Of a stretch of 32,000 bases of DNA, positions 19,228-28,366 are shown piece after piece. The stretch is taken from the NCBI GenBank assembly GCA_030950645.1, contig JAUZRF010000014.1, positions 6,670 through 38,669 on the forward strand, written 5' to 3'. The notes under the pieces were generated by a model. That model was not told where the DNA came from. It saw nothing but the letters and a program-made list of their open reading frames with translations, and ran no database searches. This DNA comes from Mariprofundales bacterium (GTDB lineage Bacteria; Pseudomonadota; Zetaproteobacteria; Mariprofundales; J009). Each line of letters begins with the position of its first letter. Position 1 is the first letter of the stretch. The position numbers and the translations under genes are program-made.

Positions 19228-20049
19228 TTAATGTTCTACCGGTTGATGGGCTATTGAGAGATAGACAATCGATAGAATCATAAAGATAAAAGCTTGCAGT
19301 AGGCCGATAAAGAGATGGAATATACTCCAGGCGAGGCCAACGAAGAAGCCTGAAACCATCCCCACGATGCCGCCGCTGAGCAGAAGGAATGAGATCAATA
19401 AGAAAATCACTTCGCCGGCGAACATGTTGCCGAATAGTCGAAAGGCGAGCGATAGCGGCTTTGCCAACTCTTCAACCAGCTTTAGAATCAGGTTGATTGG
19501 CATGATGATGGGTTTAAGCGGGGTAGGCACCAAGTTGGTGAAGGGCTCAAACAGCAGTTCCTTGCAGAAATGCAATGGCTTAAGCTTGAATTCATAGTAC
19601 AATACAAGAATAAATACTGAGATGCCCATCGCTGCTGGCAGGTTAAGGTCATTGGTGGGAACAGGGCGGAAGTGCTCTATACCAAACAACCCGGCAATAT
19701 TCCCAATAAGAAATGAAGGTAGAATATCCAGTGTGTTGCATAGAAAAATAAAGACGAAAATAGTCAGAGCCAGCGGGGCAATGAGGGGGTTGTTGGTTGG
19801 GAAGTTGTCTTTCACTGTCTGATTGACAAAGTCGATAATGGATTCAATGAAGTTTTGCGTGCCTGTTGGGGCTCCGGAGGTGAGTCGGGCACCAAGCCAT
19901 TTGGAAAACAAAACCATAACCGTGGCAATAGCAATGGTCATCAGCATGGTGTCGAGATGGATTTGCATGAACGGATTGTGCTGGTCGAACTGCAATGTCC
20001 AGTAATGGAGGTGGCCTGCGATGCCGCCTTCATGCCCTTGTTGTGCCAC
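19228..20049 (-). CDS. atpB: F0F1 ATP synthase subunit a
   Basis: 273 aa, polytopic, with the conserved LSLAFRLFGNMFAGE motif. Confidence 0.95.
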   Translation of the reverse strand: MAQQGHEGGIAGHLHYWTLQFDQHNPFMQIHLDTMLMTIAIATVMVLFSKWLGARLTSGAPTGTQNFIESIIDFVNQTVKDNFPTNNPLIAPLALTIFVFIFLCNTLDILPSFLIGNIAGLFGIEHFRPVPTNDLNLPAAMGISVFILVLYYEFKLKPLHFCKELLFEPFTNLVPTPLKPIIMPINLILKLVEELAKPLSLAFRLFGNMFAGEVIFLLISFLLLSGGIVGMVSGFFVGLAWSIFHLFIGLLQAFIFMILSIVYLSIAHQPVEH

Positions 20050-20061
20050 TTTTATCTCCCT

Positions 20062-20436
20062 CTATCTACTTCTGATCGGTTGCGACAGTTGCAACATTCC
20101 TGAACCAAACAGCGCTATTTGCGCGATAAACATGCCCAAAGCAACCGCCGGCAACCACATCCCTAACCAATAAGCAACCGCAAGCAGTATTAGTAGGACG
20201 AAAAACCTTCCTCCTGCTAGTGCAATGGCTCCTTTTTTAGTGTTACTATCAAAATGATACATCTGCCCAGCTAGCCAAATTCCAGTCACAATAATCACGG
20301 AGCCACCATAGGCAACTGAGCTAGTAATTTGCGGGCTAGCTATGGTGAAGCTGGCCAGCACCGAAACACTCACGACCCCGATTTGCGTAAATATAACCTT
20401 GCGGTAACTGCATCTTTGAAGGGGTGAAAGAATCAA
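20062..20436 (-). CDS. atpI: ATP synthase protein I (small hydrophobic protein preceding atpB)
   Basis: 124 aa with several predicted TM helices. Called mainly from its position as the first gene of the atp operon. Confidence 0.6.
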   Translation of the reverse strand: MILSPLQRCSYRKVIFTQIGVVSVSVLASFTIASPQITSSVAYGGSVIIVTGIWLAGQMYHFDSNTKKGAIALAGGRFFVLLILLAVAYWLGMWLPAVALGMFIAQIALFGSGMLQLSQPIRSR

Positions 20437-20564
20437 GTCATCTCGACCATTACCAACTTCAAAGCGCGGCGATTTCTAACGGGTAGTGGCTTCAAAATCA
20501 AGATGAACGCATGATGAAGGAATGACGATAGGGAGATTTCATAGAGGTACAAGATGATAGTTTC

Positions 20565-20801
20565 TTAATGATATAAGTAGGTTAAATAATCAAAATAAAG
20601 CTTTATACGATCTTTGGTTATTTCCAGTTGGCTGCAGGATTCGGCGAGAGATCGGACACTGTATTCCTGCTTTTGTGCGATGCTGAGGCGTTTCCAATCC
20701 TCGGCATCTACTAGGTGATCCCCAGTTTGATCGTACTGTTCATCCACGGTCAATTTGGTGTTTGCTACCGTGGTTGTGGCCATCGCAAAGGATGGCCACA
20801 A
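20565..20801 (-). CDS. Hypothetical small protein (weak call)
   Basis: 78-aa ORF from TTG with no SD and no recognisable family. It lies between the ahcY stop and the atp promoter region. Confidence 0.3.
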   Translation of the reverse strand: MWPSFAMATTTVANTKLTVDEQYDQTGDHLVDAEDWKRLSIAQKQEYSVRSLAESCSQLEITKDRIKLYFDYLTYLYH

Positions 20802-20823
20802 CAGAACAGCAATCAGTAGGGGT

Positions 20824-22230
20824 TTAGTAACGATAATGGTTTGGCTTGTAGGGGCCGGCGACAGGAACCCCTATGTAATCGGCCTGTTCTTGACTCAATG
20901 GCGTCAGATGGGCGCCGACCTTGTGCAGGTGAAGTCGTGCCACCTCTTCATCGAGATGCTTGGGCAGGGTGTAGACCTCATTGCTGTATTTACCCTCTGA
21001 GTCCGTGAACAGTTCGATCTGTGCTAGGGTTTGATTGCAGAACGAGTTGGACATAACAAAACTTGGATGTCCGGTCGCACATCCCAGATTTACCAACCGT
21101 CCCTCAGCCAGTAGCGTAATGCGAGTGCCATCTGGGAAGATGATCTGATCTACCTGCGGTTTCACATTATCCCACTCATATTTTCTCAGTGATGCTACAT
21201 CAATTTCACTATCGAAATGTCCGATATTACAGACAATAGCTTGATCCTGCATTGCAACCATGTGGTCGTGTTGAATGACATGGAAATTTCCGGTAGTGGT
21301 GACAAAGATGTTGCCCTGTTTGCAGGCATCATCCATATTGACCACGCGATAGCCCTCCATTGCGGCTTGCAGGGCGCAGATCGGATCGATCTCTGTTACC
21401 CACACGGTAGCGCCCATGCCCTTGAATGCTTGTGCACAACCCTTGCCGACATCGCCATACCCCAGCACCACACAGATCTTGCCGGCGATCATGACATCGG
21501 TAGCGCGTTTGATACCATCAAGCAGGGATTCGCGGCAGCCGTAGAGGTTGTCGAATTTGGATTTGGTTACCGAGTCGTTGACATTGATGGCCGGGAAAGG
21601 GAGGTCGCCTTTCTCCTGCATCTGATAGAGGCGATGAACACCGGTAGTGGTCTCTTCAGTAACACCACGGATTGCTGCCTTGCGCTCGGTGTACCAGCCA
21701 GGCTTGGTGGCTAACCGTTTTTTGATGGAGGCAAATAGTGCGACCTCTTCCTCACAGCTTGGGTGGTCGAGTACGGAAGGGTCGGCCTCTGCCTTCGAGC
21801 CCAAAATCACCAGCATGGTAGCATCACCGCCATCATCCAGGATTAAATTGGGGGTGCCACCATCGCTCCACTCCATGATGCGGTGGGAGAACTCCCAGTA
21901 CTCATCCAGGCTTTCACCCTTGAACGCATAGACGGGGATCTCTGTAGCGGCAATGGCCGCCGCAGCGTGATCCTGGGTGGAGAAGATGTTGCATGAAGCC
22001 CAGCGCACATCGGCGCCAAGTGCGGTCAGGGTTTCGATTAAGACACCGGTTTGGATGGTCATGTGTAGGGAGCCTGCGATGCGGGCGCCCTTAAGTGGCT
22101 GATCGGTGGCGTATTTTTCGCGAATAGCCATCAATCCGGGCATCTCGGTCTCGGCGATGGTCAACTCTTTGCGCCCGAAGGCGATGGTTTCAGCGGACAT
22201 GTCCGCTACTTGATAATCAGAAAAAGCCAT
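20824..22230 (-). CDS. ahcY: Adenosylhomocysteinase (S-adenosyl-L-homocysteine hydrolase)
   Basis: 468 aa with the NAD-binding motif [12 protein letters not shown] and the typical AhcY N- and C-termini (...PYKPNHYRY). Confidence 0.97.
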   Translation of the reverse strand: MAFSDYQVADMSAETIAFGRKELTIAETEMPGLMAIREKYATDQPLKGARIAGSLHMTIQTGVLIETLTALGADVRWASCNIFSTQDHAAAAIAATEIPVYAFKGESLDEYWEFSHRIMEWSDGGTPNLILDDGGDATMLVILGSKAEADPSVLDHPSCEEEVALFASIKKRLATKPGWYTERKAAIRGVTEETTTGVHRLYQMQEKGDLPFPAINVNDSVTKSKFDNLYGCRESLLDGIKRATDVMIAGKICVVLGYGDVGKGCAQAFKGMGATVWVTEIDPICALQAAMEGYRVVNMDDACKQGNIFVTTTGNFHVIQHDHMVAMQDQAIVCNIGHFDSEIDVASLRKYEWDNVKPQVDQIIFPDGTRITLLAEGRLVNLGCATGHPSFVMSNSFCNQTLAQIELFTDSEGKYSNEVYTLPKHLDEEVARLHLHKVGAHLTPLSQEQADYIGVPVAGPYKPNHYRY

Positions 22231-22265
22231 GGTTGGTTCTCATACTCCTATTGGTTTGATAAAAA

Positions 22266-22336
22266 TATAAGCACCGTTTGAAATTGCGACTGAGCCTGGC
22301 AAGTTGTTTCAAAACTTGTTGCAGTGCCCCTCAGTC
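22266..22336 (-). ncRNA. SAH riboswitch (SAH_riboswitch class) in the ahcY 5' leader
   Basis: The minus-strand sequence is GAGGGGCACUGCAAC[CAAGUU-uugaaac-AACUUG]CCAGGCUCAGUCGCAAUUUCAAACGGUGCUUA. It matches the remembered consensus GAGGAGCGCUGCGAC..hairpin..CAGGCUCGG..AACGGCGCUC. It sits ~35 nt upstream of the ahcY ATG. Confidence 0.72.
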
Positions 22337-22350
22337 TTAAGAGGTTTTTA

Positions 22351-22419
22351 CCACCGAGGTACAGGGTATACGGAGAAATATATTGTATATATCACGCAGT
22401 GTACTCTGTACCTCGGTGG
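22351..22419. repeat. Hairpin repeat, family 2 ('empty' form): 21-bp arms, 27-nt loop
   Basis: CCACCGAGGTACAGGGTATAC (22351-22371) pairs with GTGTACTCTGTACCTCGGTGG (22399-22419). 19 of 21 positions are complementary. T-run and AT-rich flanks as at the other two loci. Confidence 0.85.
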
Positions 22420-22431
22420 AGATATAAAGGC

Positions 22432-23598
22432 TTATGTGAGTGCGGCCTTGAGCGCTTCCACCTTATCGGTACGCTCCCAGGTGAACTCAGGCAGTTCGCG
22501 GCCGAAGTGGCCATAGGCTGCGGTCTTGGCATAGATCGGGCGTAGCAGATCGAGTTGCTGTACGATCCCCTTGGGGCGCATGTCAAACACCTCCCGGACT
22601 GCATCGGATAGCTTGGTCTCATCCACCGTGCCGGTACCAAAGGTGTCGATCATTACCGACAGCGGGTGGGCAACGCCAATGGCGTAGGCCACCTGAACCT
22701 CACAACGCTCAGCTAGGCCAGCGGCCACGATGTTTTTGGCCACATAACGCATCATATAGCAGGCAGAACGATCCACTTTAGAGGGATCCTTGCCTGAAAA
22801 TGCCCCGCCACCGTGGTGGCCGAAGCCGCCATAGGTGTCAACGATGATTTTACGACCAGTGACACCGCAATCACCAACCGGACCGCCGATCACAAAGCGT
22901 CCAGTCGGGTTGATGTGGTAGGCAGTATCGGCATGAAGCAGGCCTGTGGGATCTAGAATGGGTTTGATTACCTCATCCATGATGGCCGCCGAGAGATCCG
23001 TATGGCTAACATCGGGGTTATGCTGAGTTGAGAGCACCACCGCATCAATCGCTACGGGCTTGCCCGCCTCGTAACGCACGGAGACCTGTGATTTGGCATC
23101 GGGGCGCAAAAACTTCAGTACGCCCGCTTTGCGCACCGCTGCCTGCTTGGCCATCAGAAGGTGGGACAGGTGGATGGCGGTTGGCATCAACACATCCGTT
23201 TCGTTGCTGGCATAGCCAAACATCAGGCCCTGGTCACCAGCGCCTTGATCCAGATCTAGACCCTCACCTTCGTTGACGCCCTGGGCGATATCCACCGACT
23301 GCTTATCTAAGTTAACCAAGACTGCGCAAGACTGCCAGTCAAAACCCATCTCTGACGAGTTGTAGCCAATCTCTTTGATCGCTTCACGCACAACTTGTTG
23401 GTAATCCACCACCGCAGAGGTGGTGATCTCGCCAGCAATCAGCGCCATGCCGGTAGTGACCATGGTTTCACAGGCTACACGGCTCTGTTTGTCCTGACTT
23501 AACAGTGCATCAAGGATGCCGTCAGAGATGCGGTCTGCGACCTTGTCGGGGTGACCTTCGGAAACGGATTCACTGGTAAAAACGAAATTGCGCGACAT
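22432..23598 (-). CDS. metK: S-adenosylmethionine synthetase
   Basis: 388 aa with motifs [19 protein letters not shown] and GGGAFSGKD. Confidence 0.98.
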   Translation of the reverse strand: MSRNFVFTSESVSEGHPDKVADRISDGILDALLSQDKQSRVACETMVTTGMALIAGEITTSAVVDYQQVVREAIKEIGYNSSEMGFDWQSCAVLVNLDKQSVDIAQGVNEGEGLDLDQGAGDQGLMFGYASNETDVLMPTAIHLSHLLMAKQAAVRKAGVLKFLRPDAKSQVSVRYEAGKPVAIDAVVLSTQHNPDVSHTDLSAAIMDEVIKPILDPTGLLHADTAYHINPTGRFVIGGPVGDCGVTGRKIIVDTYGGFGHHGGGAFSGKDPSKVDRSACYMMRYVAKNIVAAGLAERCEVQVAYAIGVAHPLSVMIDTFGTGTVDETKLSDAVREVFDMRPKGIVQQLDLLRPIYAKTAAYGHFGRELPEFTWERTDKVEALKAALT

Positions 23599-23716
23599 GA
23601 ATGGAGGTGCTCCTAAAGTTGGGAATTAGAACAAATGCGTGGCGCATGATAGCGCCAGCGAGTAAATTTCCAACTAGACCTTAGCCGAAAATCCTAATGG
23701 GTATTTTTCCTCTTTT

Positions 23717-23837
23717 GTAACTACTCAGCTCACTCCCAGTTTTCCTGCTAGCGGCGTTGAAAAATGCTCATTTACAGTAGTAAACTCCGCTTTTTCGCCT
23801 TGCTATCAGAAAAACCGGAAGCAATCTGAGCAGTTAC
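23717..23837 (+). mobile_element. MITE-like element, copy 6 (lineage II): 121-bp core only, no right extension
   Basis: GTAACTACTCAGC ... CTGAGCAGTTAC. A perfect 8-bp direct repeat CCTCTTTT lies at 23709-23716 and 23838-23845. Confidence 0.95.
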
Positions 23838-23869
23838 CCTCTTTTGAAGTTTCCTGAATTCAGGCTTTT

Positions 23870-23883
23870 TAACTACTCAGCTC
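23870..23883 (+). mobile_element. Solo left-terminus-like 14-mer of the MITE
   Basis: TAACTACTCAGCTC is identical to element positions 2-15. It lies 8 bp from the sufT stop and nothing else of the element follows. Confidence 0.4.
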
Positions 23884-23890
23884 CCCCCTG

Positions 23891-24448
23891 TTAAAACATC
23901 CCCAGTTGCAGCTTGGCGGTATCGCTCATCATGGCGCGATCCCATGGCGGGTCGAAAACCAGTTCGACATGAACATCGTGGACATGGCGCAAAGCGAGCA
24001 CCTTGCTGCGTACATCCTCAATGATGAACGGCCCCATGCCGCAGCCGGGGGCAGTGAGGGTCATGATGATCTCAACGATACTGTTGCCGTCGTCATCATC
24101 GACGATATGAATATCATAGACCAGTCCGAGGTCAACAATATTGACTGGTATTTCAGGATCATAGCAGGTTTTTAGCTCCTCACGCACCCGATCCTCTTCA
24201 ATGATTCCCGGGGTGTCATCAATCGGTTGAGTGAGTGGTTCCTCGGCAGTGTTATCACTGACTCCAAGTGCTGCTGCATCCTTACCATCCACGCGTGCCA
24301 AGTTGCCACCTACCTCCACGGTGTAGGATCCGCCCAACTGTTGGGTGATGGCGATTTTGGCCCCTTTGGGGATCACCACTGGGGTACCAAGTGGGATCAT
24401 GATGGCATCGATATTGTCGGTGGTGACGGTCCAGTTTCGGGATGGCAT
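23891..24448 (-). CDS. sufT: SUF-system Fe-S assembly protein SufT (long form, C-terminal DUF59/MIP18 domain)
   Basis: 185 aa with DUF59 motifs DPEIPVNIVDLGLVY and TLTAPGCGMG. It is the last gene of the suf cluster. Confidence 0.8.
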   Translation of the reverse strand: MPSRNWTVTTDNIDAIMIPLGTPVVIPKGAKIAITQQLGGSYTVEVGGNLARVDGKDAAALGVSDNTAEEPLTQPIDDTPGIIEEDRVREELKTCYDPEIPVNIVDLGLVYDIHIVDDDDGNSIVEIIMTLTAPGCGMGPFIIEDVRSKVLALRHVHDVHVELVFDPPWDRAMMSDTAKLQLGMF

Positions 24449-24458
24449 AATTCTCTCT

Positions 24459-24911
24459 CTACTCCGTTTTGGCGCGGGTTGCGCCCTCTATCGCCGCCTT
24501 GGCGGTGTGCCAGCACAGGGTGGCGCATTTGATGCGGCTGGGGAATTCACGAACTCCGGCCAGTGCCGCCAATTTGCCGAGCGTGGCCTGATCTGGCTCT
24601 TCGTCAAGGTCGCAGGTGGTCATGTGGTGGAACTGTGCAAACAGCTGTTTGAATGCATCCACACTTTTCCCGATCAGTGATTGGGTCATCAATGAGGCGG
24701 AAGCGGTGGAGATGGCGCACCCCTCGCCCTCAAAACGCACCTGCTGGATGATGCCGTCATTATCAATGTTCAGGTAAAGGTGCAGTTGATCGCCACAGAG
24801 CGGGTTGTAGCCCTCGGCATCGTGGCTGCATGGCTCCAGCTTGCCAAAGTTGCGCGGGCTTTTGTTGTGATCAACAATCACCTGCTGATACAATGACTTC
24901 AGATCAAACAT
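24459..24911 (-). CDS. sufU: SUF-system NifU/IscU-like scaffold or sulfur-transfer protein SufU
   Basis: 150 aa with motifs NPLCGD, GEGCAIS and REFPSRIKCATL. It sits downstream of sufS. Confidence 0.85.
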   Translation of the reverse strand: MFDLKSLYQQVIVDHNKSPRNFGKLEPCSHDAEGYNPLCGDQLHLYLNIDNDGIIQQVRFEGEGCAISTASASLMTQSLIGKSVDAFKQLFAQFHHMTTCDLDEEPDQATLGKLAALAGVREFPSRIKCATLCWHTAKAAIEGATRAKTE

Positions 24912-25004
24912 GGGGAATTTTCATCGCGGTTTTCTTCCTCGACATCCTCGATATCCACGCCTCTGCGGTAAATCTTTTCTTGATGCAGATAGCCCATGCA
25001 ACCA

Positions 25005-26219
25005 TCATGCAAACATCTCCTGCGCCTTGGTCAATGCGGCAAACAGTGCATCGACCTCATCAATGGTATTGTAAACCGCAAACGAGGCGCGGGCGGTGGC
25101 GGGCACCTTGAAGTGTTGCATTACCGGCATGGCGCAGTGGTGTCCGGCACGGATCGCTACCCCTTCGCTGTCGAGAATGGTGCCGAGATCGTGCGGGTGT
25201 ACTCCGGCCAGTACAAAGGAGAGCACGCATGCCTTGTTTGGCGCGTTACCGATGATACGCAGCCCCGTAAATTGCTCGGCTTTTGCGGTGGCATAGGTAA
25301 GAAGCTCGCGCTCTTGCGCCGCAATGGCGGGAAATCCCAGCTGTTGCAACCAGTTGATGGCGGCACCGAAGCCAATCACGCCGGCAATATTGGGTGTTCC
25401 CGCCTCAAATTTGTGCGGTAGATCGTTGTACTGCGTCTGCGCAAAGCTGACGGTGCGGATCATGTCGCCACCACCCTGGTAGGGCGGCATGGCATCGAGC
25501 AGGGTCGCTTTGGCAATCAACACGCCGGTGCCGGTCGGGCCGTACATTTTGTGGGCGCTGGTGACATAAAAGTCGACATCCAACAGCTGGAGATCGACCG
25601 CGAGATGCCCTGCGGCCTGTGCACCATCGATCAAAACCAATGCCCCAACAGCGTGCGCCTTGGTGATGATTTCAGCAATCGGATTGATGGTGCCGAGAGC
25701 ATTGGACATCTGCACGATGCCAACCAATTTGGTGCGCTCGGAGAGTAGGTCATCCAGTTGCTCCATGCACAGCGCGCCACAGTCATCCATCGGTAGCACC
25801 TTAATGACGGCACCAGTGCGTGTAGCGATCATCTGCCACGGCACGATGTTGGAGTGGTGCTCCATCTCGCTAAGCAGGATTTCATCACCTGCGTGAAGAT
25901 TGGTTCCACCCCAGCTTGCTGCGACCAGATTGATCGCCTCGGTGGCGCCGCGGGTAAAGATCACCTCGCGGATGGAGGCGGCATTGAACAGTTTGGCAAT
26001 GTTGCTGCGTGCCGACTCATAGGCGGCGGTAGCACGCTCGGAGAGCAGGTGTACGCCACGGTGGATATTGGCATTGTCCGCCTGGTAGTAGTGACGCACG
26101 GCATCGATCACGCACTGCGGTTTTTGGGTGGTAGCGGCGTTGTCGAGATAGACCAGTGGATGGCCATGCGCCTGCTGATGCAGAATCGGAAACTGCTCGC
26201 GGATGGCATCGATATTCAT
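25005..26219 (-). CDS. sufS: Cysteine desulfurase SufS (class II)
   Basis: 404 aa with PLP lysine context TSAHKMYGPTG and active-site loop RAGHHCAMP. Confidence 0.95.
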   Translation of the reverse strand: MNIDAIREQFPILHQQAHGHPLVYLDNAATTQKPQCVIDAVRHYYQADNANIHRGVHLLSERATAAYESARSNIAKLFNAASIREVIFTRGATEAINLVAASWGGTNLHAGDEILLSEMEHHSNIVPWQMIATRTGAVIKVLPMDDCGALCMEQLDDLLSERTKLVGIVQMSNALGTINPIAEIITKAHAVGALVLIDGAQAAGHLAVDLQLLDVDFYVTSAHKMYGPTGTGVLIAKATLLDAMPPYQGGGDMIRTVSFAQTQYNDLPHKFEAGTPNIAGVIGFGAAINWLQQLGFPAIAAQERELLTYATAKAEQFTGLRIIGNAPNKACVLSFVLAGVHPHDLGTILDSEGVAIRAGHHCAMPVMQHFKVPATARASFAVYNTIDEVDALFAALTKAQEMFA

Positions 26220-26249
26220 GCGATCTTCCGGTGCTGGAAGATTTTTTTA

Positions 26250-26317
26250 CCACCAAGGCACAAAGAGACAAAGTTTAATGAAACATCGAACACACTTTGT
26301 GCCTTCGTGCCGTTGTG
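26250..26317. repeat. Hairpin repeat, family 2 ('empty' form, imperfect) in the sufD-sufS spacer
   Basis: CCACCAAGGCACAAAGAGACAAAGT (26250-26274) faces ACTTTGTGCCTTCGTGCCGTTGTG (26294-26317). About 19 of 24 positions are complementary. It has the same TTTTTTTACCACC left flank as the 22351 locus. Confidence 0.75.
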
Positions 26318-26345
26318 TTTGAAAATATTACATTTATTCATCCTA

Positions 26346-27518
26346 TTACGCTCCATGTGGCAGTTTGGCCATGATGGCTTGTTCGATCACTTTGCGTAGC
26401 TCGGGGATCGCTACCGTATCGAGCAACGCTTCGGCGAAGGCGATGGTGAGTAGCTGGCGCGCTTCGGCCTTGGCTATCCCGCGTGATTGTAGGTAAAACA
26501 GCTGTTCGGCATCGAGTTGACCGACGGTGGCACCGTGGGCGCATTTTACATCGTCGTTGTAGATCTCCAGCTCCGGTTTGGTATCCACCTGTGCCCGTTT
26601 GGAGAGCAGCAGGTTGGCGTTGGTTTGTGCTGAATCGGTACCATTCGCCCCCTTGGCCACCCGCACGGCACCGTTGAAAACTACGCGGGCGCGGTCATCG
26701 GCTACCGTGCGGTAGTGGACGCGACTGCGGCAGTGTGGGGCAGCGTGGTTGATATGCAGGTGGTGGTCGGCGTGCTGCCGCCCCGCTAGCACCATCAGTC
26801 CATTGAGGGTGCACTCCGCCCCCTGCTCCAGCAGCGTGGTGACGAGGTCAAGTCGGGAGAGCGCACTGCCCAGTTCGGCTGCAAACAGACGGTAGCGGCT
26901 ATCGCGGTGCTGTCCGATCTCGATCCGGCCGAGATGAAAATGGCTGGCGCTGTTTTGTTGGATGCGGTAGTGGTCAAGGGCGGCATTGGCTTGCAGACGA
27001 ATCTGGCATAAGCTGGTACCCACTCCGGCACCTGTGGCAACGCCGTGAAAATGGTCGATCAATGTTGCGTTGGTACCTGCCCCGATATGGATACCATGGA
27101 GACGCGCGCTGCTTCCTGTTGCTTCAGGGTGTGTGATCAGAATTGGCTGTTCCAACTCAACGCCGTCCGCGATGCAGAGGCAGATTCCGCCATCCGCCAA
27201 GGCGCGAGCCAACTTGGCGCTGTAGGGCAGGGGGGGCGCTGGCGGCAGATCAAACAGCCCGTGATCGCTTTCGCGCCAGGGTCGTAGTGTGACGCCATCT
27301 GGCAGTGCACGGTCGCAACTCGCCGTAGCGGCATTGATGCGGATGCTATCGAGCGTCAGTTCGGAGGGTGTAGCCACAGGCGTGCCCGCACGCTGTTGCC
27401 ACCACGCCGCACCCAGCGCCGCTACCAGCGGTGATAAACTCGTATATTTCCAATCCTCATCCTGTAGCGAAGGCAAGGCGATTCCTGTCAATTGCTGCGG
27501 CGCATTATTGGTCAGCAT
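26346..27518 (-). CDS. sufD: Fe-S cluster assembly protein SufD
   Basis: 390 aa with the N-terminal EDWKYTSL motif and a SufB/D beta-helix C-terminal region (GATVGQLDAEQLFYLQSRGI). Confidence 0.9.
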   Translation of the reverse strand: MLTNNAPQQLTGIALPSLQDEDWKYTSLSPLVAALGAAWWQQRAGTPVATPSELTLDSIRINAATASCDRALPDGVTLRPWRESDHGLFDLPPAPPLPYSAKLARALADGGICLCIADGVELEQPILITHPEATGSSARLHGIHIGAGTNATLIDHFHGVATGAGVGTSLCQIRLQANAALDHYRIQQNSASHFHLGRIEIGQHRDSRYRLFAAELGSALSRLDLVTTLLEQGAECTLNGLMVLAGRQHADHHLHINHAAPHCRSRVHYRTVADDRARVVFNGAVRVAKGANGTDSAQTNANLLLSKRAQVDTKPELEIYNDDVKCAHGATVGQLDAEQLFYLQSRGIAKAEARQLLTIAFAEALLDTVAIPELRKVIEQAIMAKLPHGA

Positions 27519-27552
27519 TAATGGTTACTCTGTGTCTCTGTGGTGAAAATAT

Positions 27553-28308
27553 TCATGCGGCAGTATCCTTTTCCAGTAGCCAGTCATATCCCTCTTTCTC
27601 AAGCTTATGCGCTAGCTTAGCATCGCCGGAGGTGAGAATTTCCCCATTGGCCAAGACATGAACAAAATCGGGTGTAATGTAATCGAGCAGGCGTTGGTAG
27701 TGGGTGATCATGACGATGGCGCGTTCGGGATTGCGGAGCTTATTGATGCCACCAGCGACGATGCGCAGGGCATCAATGTCCAGCCCAGAGTCGGTCTCAT
27801 CGAGCAGCGCCAATTTGGGCTCAAGTACCGCCATTTGGAAGATCTCGTTGCGCTTTTTCTCGCCGCCGGAAAAACCGACATTAACCGAGCGCGACAGGAA
27901 TGCGGGGTCAAGTTCAACCAGCCGAGCCTTCTCCTGCACCATCTGCATAAAATCCATCGCATCAAGCTCTTCCAGCCCCTGTTGCCTGCGCCGGGCATTG
28001 ACCCCTGCCTTAAGCAGGTAGGTGTTGTTGACCCCAGGGATCTCCACCGGGTACTGAAAGGCGAGGAAAATCCCCGCCCACGCCCGCTCCTCCGGTTTCA
28101 TCTCCAGCAGATCTTGATCGAAGTAGCGGATGCTGCCTTGGGTAACGGTGTAACCATTGCGGCCTGCAATCACATTCGACAGCGTCGATTTCCCCGACCC
28201 ATTCGGCCCCATAATTGCATGCACCTCGCCAGCGTTGATGGTGAGGTTGATCCCCTTAAGAATAGCCTTGCCATCCACTTCGACATGTAAATTTTCAATT
28301 TTTATCAT
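27553..28308 (-). CDS. sufC: Fe-S cluster assembly ATPase SufC
   Basis: 251 aa with Walker A GPNGSGKST, ABC signature FSGGEKKR and Walker B LLDETDSGLD. Confidence 0.97.
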   Translation of the reverse strand: MIKIENLHVEVDGKAILKGINLTINAGEVHAIMGPNGSGKSTLSNVIAGRNGYTVTQGSIRYFDQDLLEMKPEERAWAGIFLAFQYPVEIPGVNNTYLLKAGVNARRRQQGLEELDAMDFMQMVQEKARLVELDPAFLSRSVNVGFSGGEKKRNEIFQMAVLEPKLALLDETDSGLDIDALRIVAGGINKLRNPERAIVMITHYQRLLDYITPDFVHVLANGEILTSGDAKLAHKLEKEGYDWLLEKDTAA

Positions 28309-28366
28309 ATGTTAAAACCTTTTTTATTAACCACAAAGGCACGAAGACACAAAGTTTTTTGTATCA

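Noticed and set aside
23853-23869. Palindrome CCTGAATTCAGG followed by CTTTTT as a terminator for sufT.
   Set aside because: The T-run follows the hairpin only on the + strand, whereas the suf genes are on the - strand. The stem is very short, an EcoRI-site palindrome with no loop.
24912-25004. The 93-bp sufS-sufU spacer with small overlapping ORFs (about 32-34 aa) and a direct repeat TCGAGGA x2.
   Set aside because: The peptides match nothing I recognise and lack an SD. The spacer length is unremarkable and there is no convincing structure.
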